Shown here one piece after another: positions 26,377 through 35,113 of a stretch of 64,000 bases of DNA. Each line of letters opens with the position of its first letter. Position 1 is the first letter of the stretch. Location: assembly GCA_017628025.1 (NCBI GenBank), contig JAGBZX010000006.1, positions 3,433-67,432 of the forward strand, given 5' to 3'. A program made the position numbers and the translations under genes. Source of the stretch: Kiritimatiellia bacterium. Lineage in GTDB: Bacteria; Verrucomicrobiota; Kiritimatiellia; RFP12; UBA1067. The notes beneath the pieces were generated by a model. It had not been told where the DNA came from, did no database searches, and saw only the letters and a program-made list of their open reading frames with translations.

Positions 26377-28473
26377 TCATACGAGTTGAAAATCATATAT
26401 GCTTCCGCCCTTGTGCAATTTACCCATCTCAAGCATTGATTTTATTTTTTCTTTTGCTTGGGGCCCTTTGGCGATTATAAACATAAAACCTCCGCCACCA
26501 GCACCACAAAGAAACGCTGAACGCGTGTATGGGCTTATTCTCGCTAGAAGCGCTTCTACCGCGTCATTTGTGCTTCCTGGGTCTAACGCCTTTTTAAGTA
26601 GCCAATATTTATTTAGCATATCAGCAAAAGCGGAAAAATCCATTCTTTGCAAAGCTTCAAACGCAGAACCAGCTGTAAGCTTTAAATCTCTTACAATTTC
26701 TGACGCCGTAGCACCTGGGTTTTCTTTATAAAAAGAAATAACACCGCGCAAAATATTGCGAGCCATTCTTTTTTGACCAGTGAAATATAGTAGCGATCTT
26801 TGCTTAAGGAACTTCTCAAATTTTATTTCAATGTCTTTAGGTAAAAATTTAACTTCTGGTATCTGGTTGTCACCAGGACGAGTAGTCAAAAGCTTAACTC
26901 CTGGCAAAAGTCCACCATATTGATCTTGCCAGCCGCCGTGCGTACCCATCTCGTGTTCTAACGCTAATGTCAAAGAACCTATCCTGGTTGGCGAGGAATC
27001 GCGACCTCTTACTCGCTCTAGTGCTGTTAAAAGCGCCGCGCCAAGAAGAGAGCTTGTTCCCATTCCGCTCCCTTTAGGGACATCTGCTGAAATTGATATC
27101 TCAAGCCCTCCCTCATTAAACTCATATCCGACAACTGCAAGCGCGCTTTTTACTAGTGCACACCAATCAGATGGATCTTTCGTCGAATAAATTTCTTCGC
27201 GATTCCTTAAAACTGTAGATTTATGTAAATCCACACTTTTTACACGAAGCTCCTTAGCTTGAATTTTGCGCACTCTGGCTTTTACTGGTTTCTTACCAGA
27301 CAAAGTAACTGCCGCATTCAAAACTGTCCCACCTACATCATTGCATATAGGAGGCGTATCACTCCAGCCCCCAGCAAAGTCAATTCTTAGCGGCAAAGAA
27401 ACATTTACTTCATCTGCAAGTCGAAGCATCGCTTTTCTATCGGTTTTTGACATAATTTCATCCATAGAATGCTTTTGCCAAAGCCCATCAGACTTAAAAT
27501 CGTCTTCAACTCGATACTTAAGATACTTCCATTGGCCGTTTTTCAATGGAAACGCTGTTAAGCACTCTCCCTCTTTTAAATTAACCTCGCCATATTCTCG
27601 CGGTAAAAAGGTAACAACATTACGCCCCGCTAGCTTCATCTCTTCTACTCCAATAGCGCACGAATCTACCCACCTATCGCCGCCACCAAGACGCTCTAGT
27701 AACTCTCTGGTTGTGCCTATATGGAAGAAATCACACTCCTCAACTAAATTAGCCTCAAACCTTGCTTTAGAAGTAACTAGGTTTTGAGTATACTCTTCAT
27801 AAATATCCATCTGCTTCGGAGAACGCGTATTAAGATAGGGCAAATATTTTTTCATCATCCCATCTACCGCCTCTGGAGAAACATAAAGAATCCCAGTATC
27901 AATTGCAATCTCTCCATCCGCGCTTGTTTGAAGCGCTTCTTCTGGAGAAGGCTTTTGTAAAAAACCTTTAACGCGGCGACCTTCTAAAATATAAACGCCA
28001 TGTTTAGAGGCCCTTTGTTTATCACCCTTAAAAGCTACCCCTGTAACTCCTTTTGAAGCAAATTTGCATGAAGCAAAATCAAACTGAGGTGCAACATCGC
28101 CACAAACTACCAAAACTCCTTTTTTCGGAAGTTTAAGTTTTGACATATCAGAAACAATTTTTTCAAAAAGGCTCTCCCTTGCGCCATTTTTCGCGCAAAG
28201 AGGCACGAAAGCCTTGCCTATGGCAGCGTAAGAAGGTAATCTTTTGGAGTCTCCACCTGAATGACAAATTAATGTTAATTTGTTAGATATAACCCCACAT
28301 TTATTAAGAGCATTAACGGTAGCTAGTAATGAGCCTACTCTCTTGCCGCCAGGATCTGGCACTACAAAAATGCCCTCCTTCGGACTACATGATATGCGTT
28401 TTAAAACAGCGTTATAGCCTTCTGCTTGGCGTTTATTAGCAGAGGTAATTATAATCCTATCAAATGACGTCAT
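26377..28473 (-). CDS. L-fucokinase / fucose-1-phosphate guanylyltransferase-like bifunctional protein (Fkp-like, short)
   Basis: 698 aa. The N-terminal fucokinase-family nucleotidyltransferase region has HSGGDSKRLP..GKAF. The C-terminal part has GHMP kinase motif PKGSGMGTSSLLGAALL and GAGGGGF. Confidence 0.7.
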   Translation of the reverse strand: MTSFDRIIITSANKRQAEGYNAVLKRISCSPKEGIFVVPDPGGKRVGSLLATVNALNKCGVISNKLTLICHSGGDSKRLPSYAAIGKAFVPLCAKNGARESLFEKIVSDMSKLKLPKKGVLVVCGDVAPQFDFASCKFASKGVTGVAFKGDKQRASKHGVYILEGRRVKGFLQKPSPEEALQTSADGEIAIDTGILYVSPEAVDGMMKKYLPYLNTRSPKQMDIYEEYTQNLVTSKARFEANLVEECDFFHIGTTRELLERLGGGDRWVDSCAIGVEEMKLAGRNVVTFLPREYGEVNLKEGECLTAFPLKNGQWKYLKYRVEDDFKSDGLWQKHSMDEIMSKTDRKAMLRLADEVNVSLPLRIDFAGGWSDTPPICNDVGGTVLNAAVTLSGKKPVKARVRKIQAKELRVKSVDLHKSTVLRNREEIYSTKDPSDWCALVKSALAVVGYEFNEGGLEISISADVPKGSGMGTSSLLGAALLTALERVRGRDSSPTRIGSLTLALEHEMGTHGGWQDQYGGLLPGVKLLTTRPGDNQIPEVKFLPKDIEIKFEKFLKQRSLLYFTGQKRMARNILRGVISFYKENPGATASEIVRDLKLTAGSAFEALQRMDFSAFADMLNKYWLLKKALDPGSTNDAVEALLARISPYTRSAFLCGAGGGGFMFIIAKGPQAKEKIKSMLEMGKLHKGGSIYDFQLV

Positions 28474-28958
28474 GAAACGGACTTTTTAGTATTAAGAAAT
28501 TCTTTAAATTCGCTTACACCAACATGATGCCATGCATCTAACAGAATCTTTTCTGACTTAGTAAAAATAACTAATGTAGAGCGTTTTTCCCAATGGCTAT
28601 CATCTATCTTTGCGATATCTGAATACGTATATTTTTTGCCGTTATGCTCAAAACCTTCTTCAGACCAAGAAAATTTTAACAAAAAATTTCTTGTAAGCCT
28701 TGAAGCAACCACTAAAGAAGAGACAAACAAAAAAAGTGCAAAAATTTTCTGAGACTTTGTTTTTTGAGATTTAAATTTCTCTACATCATAACCAGCTGGA
28801 GGCTCTGCTCCTTCAATTGAGACATAAAGCTTAACTGCATCGGTTGCTGGATACTTTACAAAGCCATCATAAGCAAACCAACAACCTATACCTAAAAAAA
28901 CTAGAATTGAAAACACATGCCTACGCAAATATTCGCTATTGAGCTTAAGACTATTCAC
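28470..28958 (-). CDS. hypothetical membrane protein (2 TM plus small soluble C-domain)
   Basis: 162 aa, GTG start with an 8-nt overlap of the upstream gene and an ATGA overlap downstream. Two hydrophobic segments; no family recognised. Confidence 0.5.
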   Translation of the reverse strand: MNSLKLNSEYLRRHVFSILVFLGIGCWFAYDGFVKYPATDAVKLYVSIEGAEPPAGYDVEKFKSQKTKSQKIFALFLFVSSLVVASRLTRNFLLKFSWSEEGFEHNGKKYTYSDIAKIDDSHWEKRSTLVIFTKSEKILLDAWHHVGVSEFKEFLNTKKSVS

Positions 28959-29994
28959 TTTTTTTGCCTTTCAGATAGAACTCGCACATCACAGTTGTAC
29001 CTGTTGGTATTTTTGATTGAATATCAAATTTATCTGATACACGCTTGGAGTTGGCTAGTCCCATCCCAGCGCCAAAGCCCATTGAACGTATCCAATCATT
29101 GGCAGTAGACGTGCCGTCAATACAAGCCCATTCTACATCCTTAATACCAGGCCCACGATCCTTTGCAATAACAGTAGCTTTATCAGTATCGAGGATAAAT
29201 GTTATTGAACCACCTAACGAGTGAATACAGACGTTAATTTCCAACTCATACGCAGCAACTGCCACCCTACGAACTAACTTATTATCTAACCCAGCATCCT
29301 TCATCATTCTTTTGATTTCATTTGCCGCTTTACCAGCATTTTGAAGATCATTATGAACAACAACAAACTGGCGCATAGAATAATAAGGCAACGCTGTATC
29401 TCCTCGCGCTGAGGACTCTGTTTCTTTTACAGCCTTACCTTCTAAACGAACAAGTTCTTTTGTTAACTCATTCATCAATACTCGTGTCAAATCTCGCTGA
29501 GAAACGATGCCGACAAAATTCCGATCTTTATCTAGCACAGGAAAACGACCGAAAGAATAATTTTGAAAATGCTTAATAGCAAATGCTAGCGGCATATCTT
29601 CTTCAAGAACAACAAGATTAGTCGCCATTCGTTTTTGGACTTGATCTTGTATCCAACCGCCTTCAAGAGCCTTAATTATATCATTTACTGAAACAATTCC
29701 AAAAATTCTCTTATCTTCCAGTACAGGAACACCTGAAATATTATTTCGTTTCATTAAGTTCTGCGCAAACCTCATCGAGTCTGTTCGCACAACTGAAATA
29801 ATATTATGAGAACGCATCGCATCCTTTACCCTCAAACGTTGCAAAAGCTCCATCACAACGAGAGGTGATTCATCTGTCCCCGAAACACTCTTGCCGCTAG
29901 AGGAGTTATTTGGATGCTTAGCGTTGTGAGCGGCGATTATCTGGTCGTCGCTACGCTCTTCGCCGCCAGTTAAAATCGTCGGTTTGTGCTGCAT
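28951..29994 (-). CDS. CBS-pair protein fused to a histidine-kinase-like ATPase (RsbW/SpoIIAB-type HATPase_c) domain
   Basis: 347 aa with two CBS repeats (VPVLEDKRIFGIVSVNDI and FPVLDKDRNFVGIVSQRDL). The C-terminal part has DRGPGI and GFGAGMG ATP-lid motifs. Confidence 0.7.
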   Translation of the reverse strand: MQHKPTILTGGEERSDDQIIAAHNAKHPNNSSSGKSVSGTDESPLVVMELLQRLRVKDAMRSHNIISVVRTDSMRFAQNLMKRNNISGVPVLEDKRIFGIVSVNDIIKALEGGWIQDQVQKRMATNLVVLEEDMPLAFAIKHFQNYSFGRFPVLDKDRNFVGIVSQRDLTRVLMNELTKELVRLEGKAVKETESSARGDTALPYYSMRQFVVVHNDLQNAGKAANEIKRMMKDAGLDNKLVRRVAVAAYELEINVCIHSLGGSITFILDTDKATVIAKDRGPGIKDVEWACIDGTSTANDWIRSMGFGAGMGLANSKRVSDKFDIQSKIPTGTTVMCEFYLKGKKSE

Positions 29995-30002
29995 AGGAAT
30001 TA

Positions 30003-30350
30003 TCAGAGTGAATTTTTCTCTGCCTCAAGGAATTGCCAAACCCTTACGCAACTATCATACTTAGAAAGTGGCGAGGAGACAAGCGGTATCCCTAGCGAAT
30101 CAGCAACCTGGCACATAGTTTGAGGCAATGGTTTATCATTGTGAACGACAACGCACATTGCTCCAACTATGTTAGCCGTACGAATGGCTTGATCAGAAGC
30201 TAACGAAGTTAAAAGGAGTATATCTTCAGAGTCATTAAGAAGAACATCACTCATAAGATCATTAGCCACAACAGCGCCAACAGATCTATTAGATTGACCA
30301 CCTGCAACAAGTGTGCCATTAAGAGTTTTGATAATATCTGCTATTTTCAT
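30003..30350 (-). CDS. DRTGG domain protein
   Basis: 115 aa. DLMSDVL ... LLLTSLASDQAIRTA ... GIPLVSS pattern is typical of stand-alone DRTGG proteins. AGGAGAAG ribosome-binding site. Confidence 0.7.
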   Translation of the reverse strand: MKIADIIKTLNGTLVAGGQSNRSVGAVVANDLMSDVLLNDSEDILLLTSLASDQAIRTANIVGAMCVVVHNDKPLPQTMCQVADSLGIPLVSSPLSKYDSCVRVWQFLEAEKNSL

Positions 30351-30368
30351 ATTCTTCTCCTGCTCTTT

Positions 30369-31124
30369 TTATCTTTCGTATGGCGGCGGGGACACCTTCG
30401 CCTTGAAATCACCTTGCTGCCAGCTCCAACGAGAAGCTTCAGCTACGGCAATCAAATACTCTCGTTTGCTCTCTTGCCATATCATCCATGCAATAAGAGC
30501 TCGAATAAATAAAGAGCCACCTATTGGGAAAATCCAAATACTATTAATACCTAATAAAGGTAGCACGACAAGAGCAACTGCCAAAACCCTACCAACATAC
30601 ATAGCGATATAGGTAGACTTTACCTTGTCATACTTCAATCGTAAAAGCGACTTGAAAATGCGCCCGCCATCCATTGGCAATGCTGGCAATAGATTAAACA
30701 TACCAAGCATCATATTTAAGACACAAAGATAGTAAAACCAAGAATAAACTACTTCGTTTGCGATAGGTATTGTTGAAATAATTCCAAATGAAATAATCGC
30801 TAACGCAAAACTTACTAGCGGGCCAGCAATCGCTGTCATAAACTCCTGCCACGCCTTGCTAGGTAAGGCCATAAGCGAAGCACAACCTCCAACTAGCGAA
30901 ATAGTAATATCTCTAGTTTCAAATCCAAAAACTCGAGCCATCAGCGAATGCCCCAATTCATGAAGCACAACGGAGAATGCTAATAAAACTGCTAAGCAAA
31001 ACCCTGATATTATACTACCAGAATTAACTACAAATAGCAAAAGTAGTATAGCAAAGGAGATGTCGACATACATCGGTATGCCGAACATCTCGCATAATCG
31101 GAATTTTTTTGTTGAAACAATCAT
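30369..31124 (-). CDS. site-2 protease family (M50) membrane metalloprotease
   Basis: 251 aa with HELGH zinc motif, [11 protein letters not shown] second motif and multiple TM segments. Confidence 0.8.
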   Translation of the reverse strand: MIVSTKKFRLCEMFGIPMYVDISFAILLLLFVVNSGSIISGFCLAVLLAFSVVLHELGHSLMARVFGFETRDITISLVGGCASLMALPSKAWQEFMTAIAGPLVSFALAIISFGIISTIPIANEVVYSWFYYLCVLNMMLGMFNLLPALPMDGGRIFKSLLRLKYDKVKSTYIAMYVGRVLAVALVVLPLLGINSIWIFPIGGSLFIRALIAWMIWQESKREYLIAVAEASRWSWQQGDFKAKVSPPPYER

Positions 31125-32923
31125 TGGCGATTAGTTGCGTAAAGTGGCCCAAAGTTTTTGCATGCACGATAATCTGCGCCAACAGGATCATCAGATGAAC
31201 CAAACAGTCCCCAGCAATGAGGTCTAAAGACCTTCTCCTCTTCAACATTATGCATCGCAACAGGAATACGAAGCATAGATGCCAATGTAATGAGATCTGC
31301 ACCAATGTGACCGTATGCTATAGCACCATGATTTGCTGCCCACGCATTCATAACAGAGTAAACATCTTTAAAGAAGCCCTTACCTGTTAAGCGAGGAGTG
31401 AACCACGTACATGGCCATTCTGGATTTGTGCGAAGCATAAGAGTTTCTTGCTGCTTTGCATCAAGAGTGACCGACCAACCTTCAGCGATTTGAAGAACTG
31501 GACCCTGTCCTTTTACGAGTGCTAAACGCATCATCGTCAAGGGGATGCCCTTTGGCGTGAGGAAGGAGCTGGAAAAACCACCACCTCTAAAATATTCAAC
31601 TCCAGCTGGAACCCATTTTGTAGCCTTAAGAGTTGAGTTAATATCTTTCTCTGTAACATCCCACCAATTCTTAAAGACACTCTTGCCTTTGTCCTTCATC
31701 TCACCTGCCGCATCAAGACAGCAGCTACCAGAATTTATAAGATGGATAATGCCAGCTTTTGCTTCCTTTGGTAGCCCCTTGCCCGTTGCGCGTTTAACAG
31801 ACTGCTCTGACCAATATGTACGCACATCAGCAAACATCGCAGCCTTATTCGTAAGAAGCCATTGGAAAAGCATGCAAACACCATTAAGAGCATCATTTTC
31901 AGTCGCCAAAATCTGTGGCATCTTTTTGCCGTTCCAGTCAAAGGAGCTGTTGCAAAAGGCCTCTGTTACATCGCCATTAGGCCAGTGATCTGTCCACTGG
32001 CGCTGCCCTTGAAAACCGCCAGCGATAGCATTTCTGCCGACAGCCTCTTCTCCAAAGCCCATTTCCTTAAGTTTGGGATTACCTACCATCATGTCGCGTA
32101 CAATTATCGACATTTTTGCGATAAATTCCCAATCTGCATCTTTTTGTTCGCGCGACTTTTGAATAGGCTTTGGGTTATAATCCTTGCCCTCTTTTAAGTT
32201 TTTCTTCATCCAACTTATCGCACGAGCATATTCGTCCTTGTCGTATATGCCTTCTTCCATACGGCGAAGAATCTCACACTCGTCCATGTTTTCTGTAGCA
32301 AGACCTAAATAATCCTGCATAAAATCAACATCAACAAAGCTACCAGCGATACCCATCGAGGAGGTACCAATTGAAAGATAGCTCTTACCTTTCATCATTG
32401 CTACAACTAAACCAGCTTTTGCAAATCTAAGAATTTTCTCTGCAACGTCATTTGGTATAGAAGTATCCTTTGCGTCTTGTACTTCATGACCATAAATCCC
32501 ATAAGCAGGCATACCACGTTGCGCATAGCCAGCAAGCATACATGCCAAATATACTGCTCCAGGGCGTTCAGTGCCATTAAAACCCCAGACAGCCTTTGGA
32601 ATGCCAACTTCCATATCCATCGTTTCAGTACCGTAGCACCAGCAAGGCGTTACTGAAAGAGATACACCAACATTATTGTCGCGGAATTTATTGGCACACA
32701 TTGCAGCTTCAAATCTGCCGCCAATCGTTGTATCGGCAATCACACACTCAACGCTAGAACCATCAGGATACTTGAGGTTTTCTGAGATGAGTTTTGCCGC
32801 ACTCTTGGCCATGTTCATCGTTTGGACTTCAAGAGATTCTCTTACGCCACGACGACGGCCATCAATAACTGGTCTAATACCAATTTTAGGGAACCCATTA
32901 TGAGTAAAAACAGTCTGATTCAT
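31121..32923 (-). CDS. fucI: L-fucose isomerase
   Basis: 600 aa, near-collinear with E. coli FucI as I recall it ([21 protein letters not shown], [25 protein letters not shown], RIPVxMHNVEE). Confidence 0.92.
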   Translation of the reverse strand: MNQTVFTHNGFPKIGIRPVIDGRRRGVRESLEVQTMNMAKSAAKLISENLKYPDGSSVECVIADTTIGGRFEAAMCANKFRDNNVGVSLSVTPCWCYGTETMDMEVGIPKAVWGFNGTERPGAVYLACMLAGYAQRGMPAYGIYGHEVQDAKDTSIPNDVAEKILRFAKAGLVVAMMKGKSYLSIGTSSMGIAGSFVDVDFMQDYLGLATENMDECEILRRMEEGIYDKDEYARAISWMKKNLKEGKDYNPKPIQKSREQKDADWEFIAKMSIIVRDMMVGNPKLKEMGFGEEAVGRNAIAGGFQGQRQWTDHWPNGDVTEAFCNSSFDWNGKKMPQILATENDALNGVCMLFQWLLTNKAAMFADVRTYWSEQSVKRATGKGLPKEAKAGIIHLINSGSCCLDAAGEMKDKGKSVFKNWWDVTEKDINSTLKATKWVPAGVEYFRGGGFSSSFLTPKGIPLTMMRLALVKGQGPVLQIAEGWSVTLDAKQQETLMLRTNPEWPCTWFTPRLTGKGFFKDVYSVMNAWAANHGAIAYGHIGADLITLASMLRIPVAMHNVEEEKVFRPHCWGLFGSSDDPVGADYRACKNFGPLYATNRQ

Positions 32924-32952
32924 AGTTATTTCTTTTTTAGGTTAGAATATTA

Positions 32953-33717
32953 TTAAATGACAACATTAAAAGAACGATCTGCAAGATATTTTTTAAGTTC
33001 TGGTATCTTAATTATACCAAAATGGAAAACACTTGCACCGAGAAGTATATCTGCACCGGCTTGAGCTGCCTCAGCGAAATGCTCCATCGTGCCAGCACCA
33101 CCAGAGGCGACAATGTGTGCTTCTGGTGCAAGTTTGCGGAATTGGCGAATAAGCGGCAAATCATAGCCCGTGCGAGCACCATCAGTCGACTTACTTGTCG
33201 GCAGAAAAGTCCCCACTCCCGTGTCAAGCATTCTAGAAGCAAATTCTAAAGCGTCCGTTCCAGTAGCTGTGCGCCCACCATCAATAAAGACCTCGTATCC
33301 TGAAGCCATCGCACCATTTTGCGCTACGTCTATAGCGAGAGTAACTTTATCAACACCAAACTCACGCACCATCTCAGCGATAAGCTCTGGTTTGCGAAAT
33401 GCCGCAGAAGAAACTGAAAATTTATCTGCACCTGCAGAAAGGACAGCTTCTGCTGTTGTTGTATCTGAAATACCTCCACCCATTGTAAACGGAACACTTG
33501 CAACGTCTGCAACCTTCTTAGTTACCTCTACTAGTGTTTTACGTTTTTCAACAGTAGCAGTAATATCTAACATCGCCAATTCATCAGCACCAGCCTGGCA
33601 ATATGACTTGCAACATTCAACAGGGTCACCAGCATCTTTTATGTCAACAAAATTTACACCCTTTACAACTCTACCTGCTATCATATCCAAGCAAGGCATT
33701 ATCAATACTTTTTTCAT
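32953..33717 (-). CDS. hisF: imidazole glycerol phosphate synthase cyclase subunit
   Basis: 254 aa with PCLDMIAGRVVKGVNFVDIKDAGDPVE, LDITA and GGGI, canonical HisF motifs. Confidence 0.88.
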   Translation of the reverse strand: MKKVLIMPCLDMIAGRVVKGVNFVDIKDAGDPVECCKSYCQAGADELAMLDITATVEKRKTLVEVTKKVADVASVPFTMGGGISDTTTAEAVLSAGADKFSVSSAAFRKPELIAEMVREFGVDKVTLAIDVAQNGAMASGYEVFIDGGRTATGTDALEFASRMLDTGVGTFLPTSKSTDGARTGYDLPLIRQFRKLAPEAHIVASGGAGTMEHFAEAAQAGADILLGASVFHFGIIKIPELKKYLADRSFNVVI

Positions 33718-33745
33718 AATCTTATTTCCTTTAAATTACCTATCA

Positions 33746-35110
33746 TCATTTTGAACGTGGTCTAAAAGCCATTGCATAAGCAAACACAACGCTGAAGCAT
33801 ATTGCTGGGACAATGAACGAAGCTCTCAGCGACATCGATGAAGCATTTAGATTTTGATCTACAGTGCTATCAAACATCGGCACGAGGTTCGCCCAAAAAC
33901 CAGGATTATCAATTATAGAAGCCATCCAGGGAGTCAAGAGTGCTCCGCCTACGATTGCCATAATCAAACCTGCCGCGCCAAGTTTATGCGCTTTAGGATC
34001 AATGCCGCCAAGTCCAATACCATAAATCGTCGGGAACATAAGCGACATAAAGCCTGACATTGCACAAAGGGCTAGCACATTTGCCGAAAACGGCAATCCA
34101 GCAAATGTAAATAAAACAGTGCTATCAAGATACATCACACCGAAAGACGATGCTACTGCTAAAAGCGCGGAAACAGCCATCATTCTAGCAGGATCAAAGA
34201 ATTTCATAAGGTATGTGCAAATCCATCTGCAAACGATAAATAAACAAAGCGCTATAAAATAGTAATTAGCGGCCTTTGCAGGAGTAACTCCAAGCTCTTT
34301 TTGACAGTAAACATTCATCCATGTCCACGCTGCAATCTGAACGCCTACGTAAAAGACCTGCGCAACAACACCACAATACCACTTAGGAGATTTGAGTAAT
34401 ATTTTAAGCACATCCCTTATCTTCGTAGTTTCAATATCTGCCTTGTCTACTTCTGATGGGCGGGAGAAGAAGAAGAAAAGCCAAATCAAAAACGCTATTG
34501 CACAAAGCCCAACATATGGCACACAAACCCAAAACAGTTCATTATGAACTATTTTTGAAAGAACTTCTGGGCTCATCACTTTACGTTCTTCAATTGTAGC
34601 AGGATTTAAATTAGCCAAAATAAATTGCTGCGCTAGAACTATGCCCGCTAAAGAACCTAAGGGATTAAACATTTGTGCAAAGTTTAAGCGTCTTACTGCA
34701 GTAGACTCTTCTCCTAACGCCAAGACATAAGGATTACACGTAGTTTCTAATACTGCGCACCCACCTGCCACAACGAAAATGCCTACGATATATGTCCAAA
34801 AACTCTGCGTAATGCAAGCTGGAACATAAAGTAGCGCGCCTATCACATAAACTCCTAGCCCAACGAGAACGCCAATTCTATAACCTGCTCGCTGAATTAA
34901 AAACGAAGCCAAAAGTGCAATTACAGAATAAGCTCCGTAAAAAGAGATTTGCACAAATCCTGCTGTTGATTGACTCGTCATAAATATGCGCTGAAACGAC
35001 GGAACAAGATTGTCCGTCATGTTGTTCAATAGCCCCCAGAGAGCGAAACAACTTGTAAGTAGCGCAAAAACTACGAGATACTTTTTTGGAACTACCGGTG
35101 TTTTATTCAT
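33746..35110 (-). CDS. fucP: L-fucose:H+ symporter (MFS)
   Basis: 454 aa, 12-TM MFS. The N-terminal FALWGLLNNMTDNLVPSFQ resembles the FucP signature. Confidence 0.85.
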   Translation of the reverse strand: MNKTPVVPKKYLVVFALLTSCFALWGLLNNMTDNLVPSFQRIFMTSQSTAGFVQISFYGAYSVIALLASFLIQRAGYRIGVLVGLGVYVIGALLYVPACITQSFWTYIVGIFVVAGGCAVLETTCNPYVLALGEESTAVRRLNFAQMFNPLGSLAGIVLAQQFILANLNPATIEERKVMSPEVLSKIVHNELFWVCVPYVGLCAIAFLIWLFFFFSRPSEVDKADIETTKIRDVLKILLKSPKWYCGVVAQVFYVGVQIAAWTWMNVYCQKELGVTPAKAANYYFIALCLFIVCRWICTYLMKFFDPARMMAVSALLAVASSFGVMYLDSTVLFTFAGLPFSANVLALCAMSGFMSLMFPTIYGIGLGGIDPKAHKLGAAGLIMAIVGGALLTPWMASIIDNPGFWANLVPMFDSTVDQNLNASSMSLRASFIVPAICFSVVFAYAMAFRPRSK

Positions 35111-35113
35111 TTC

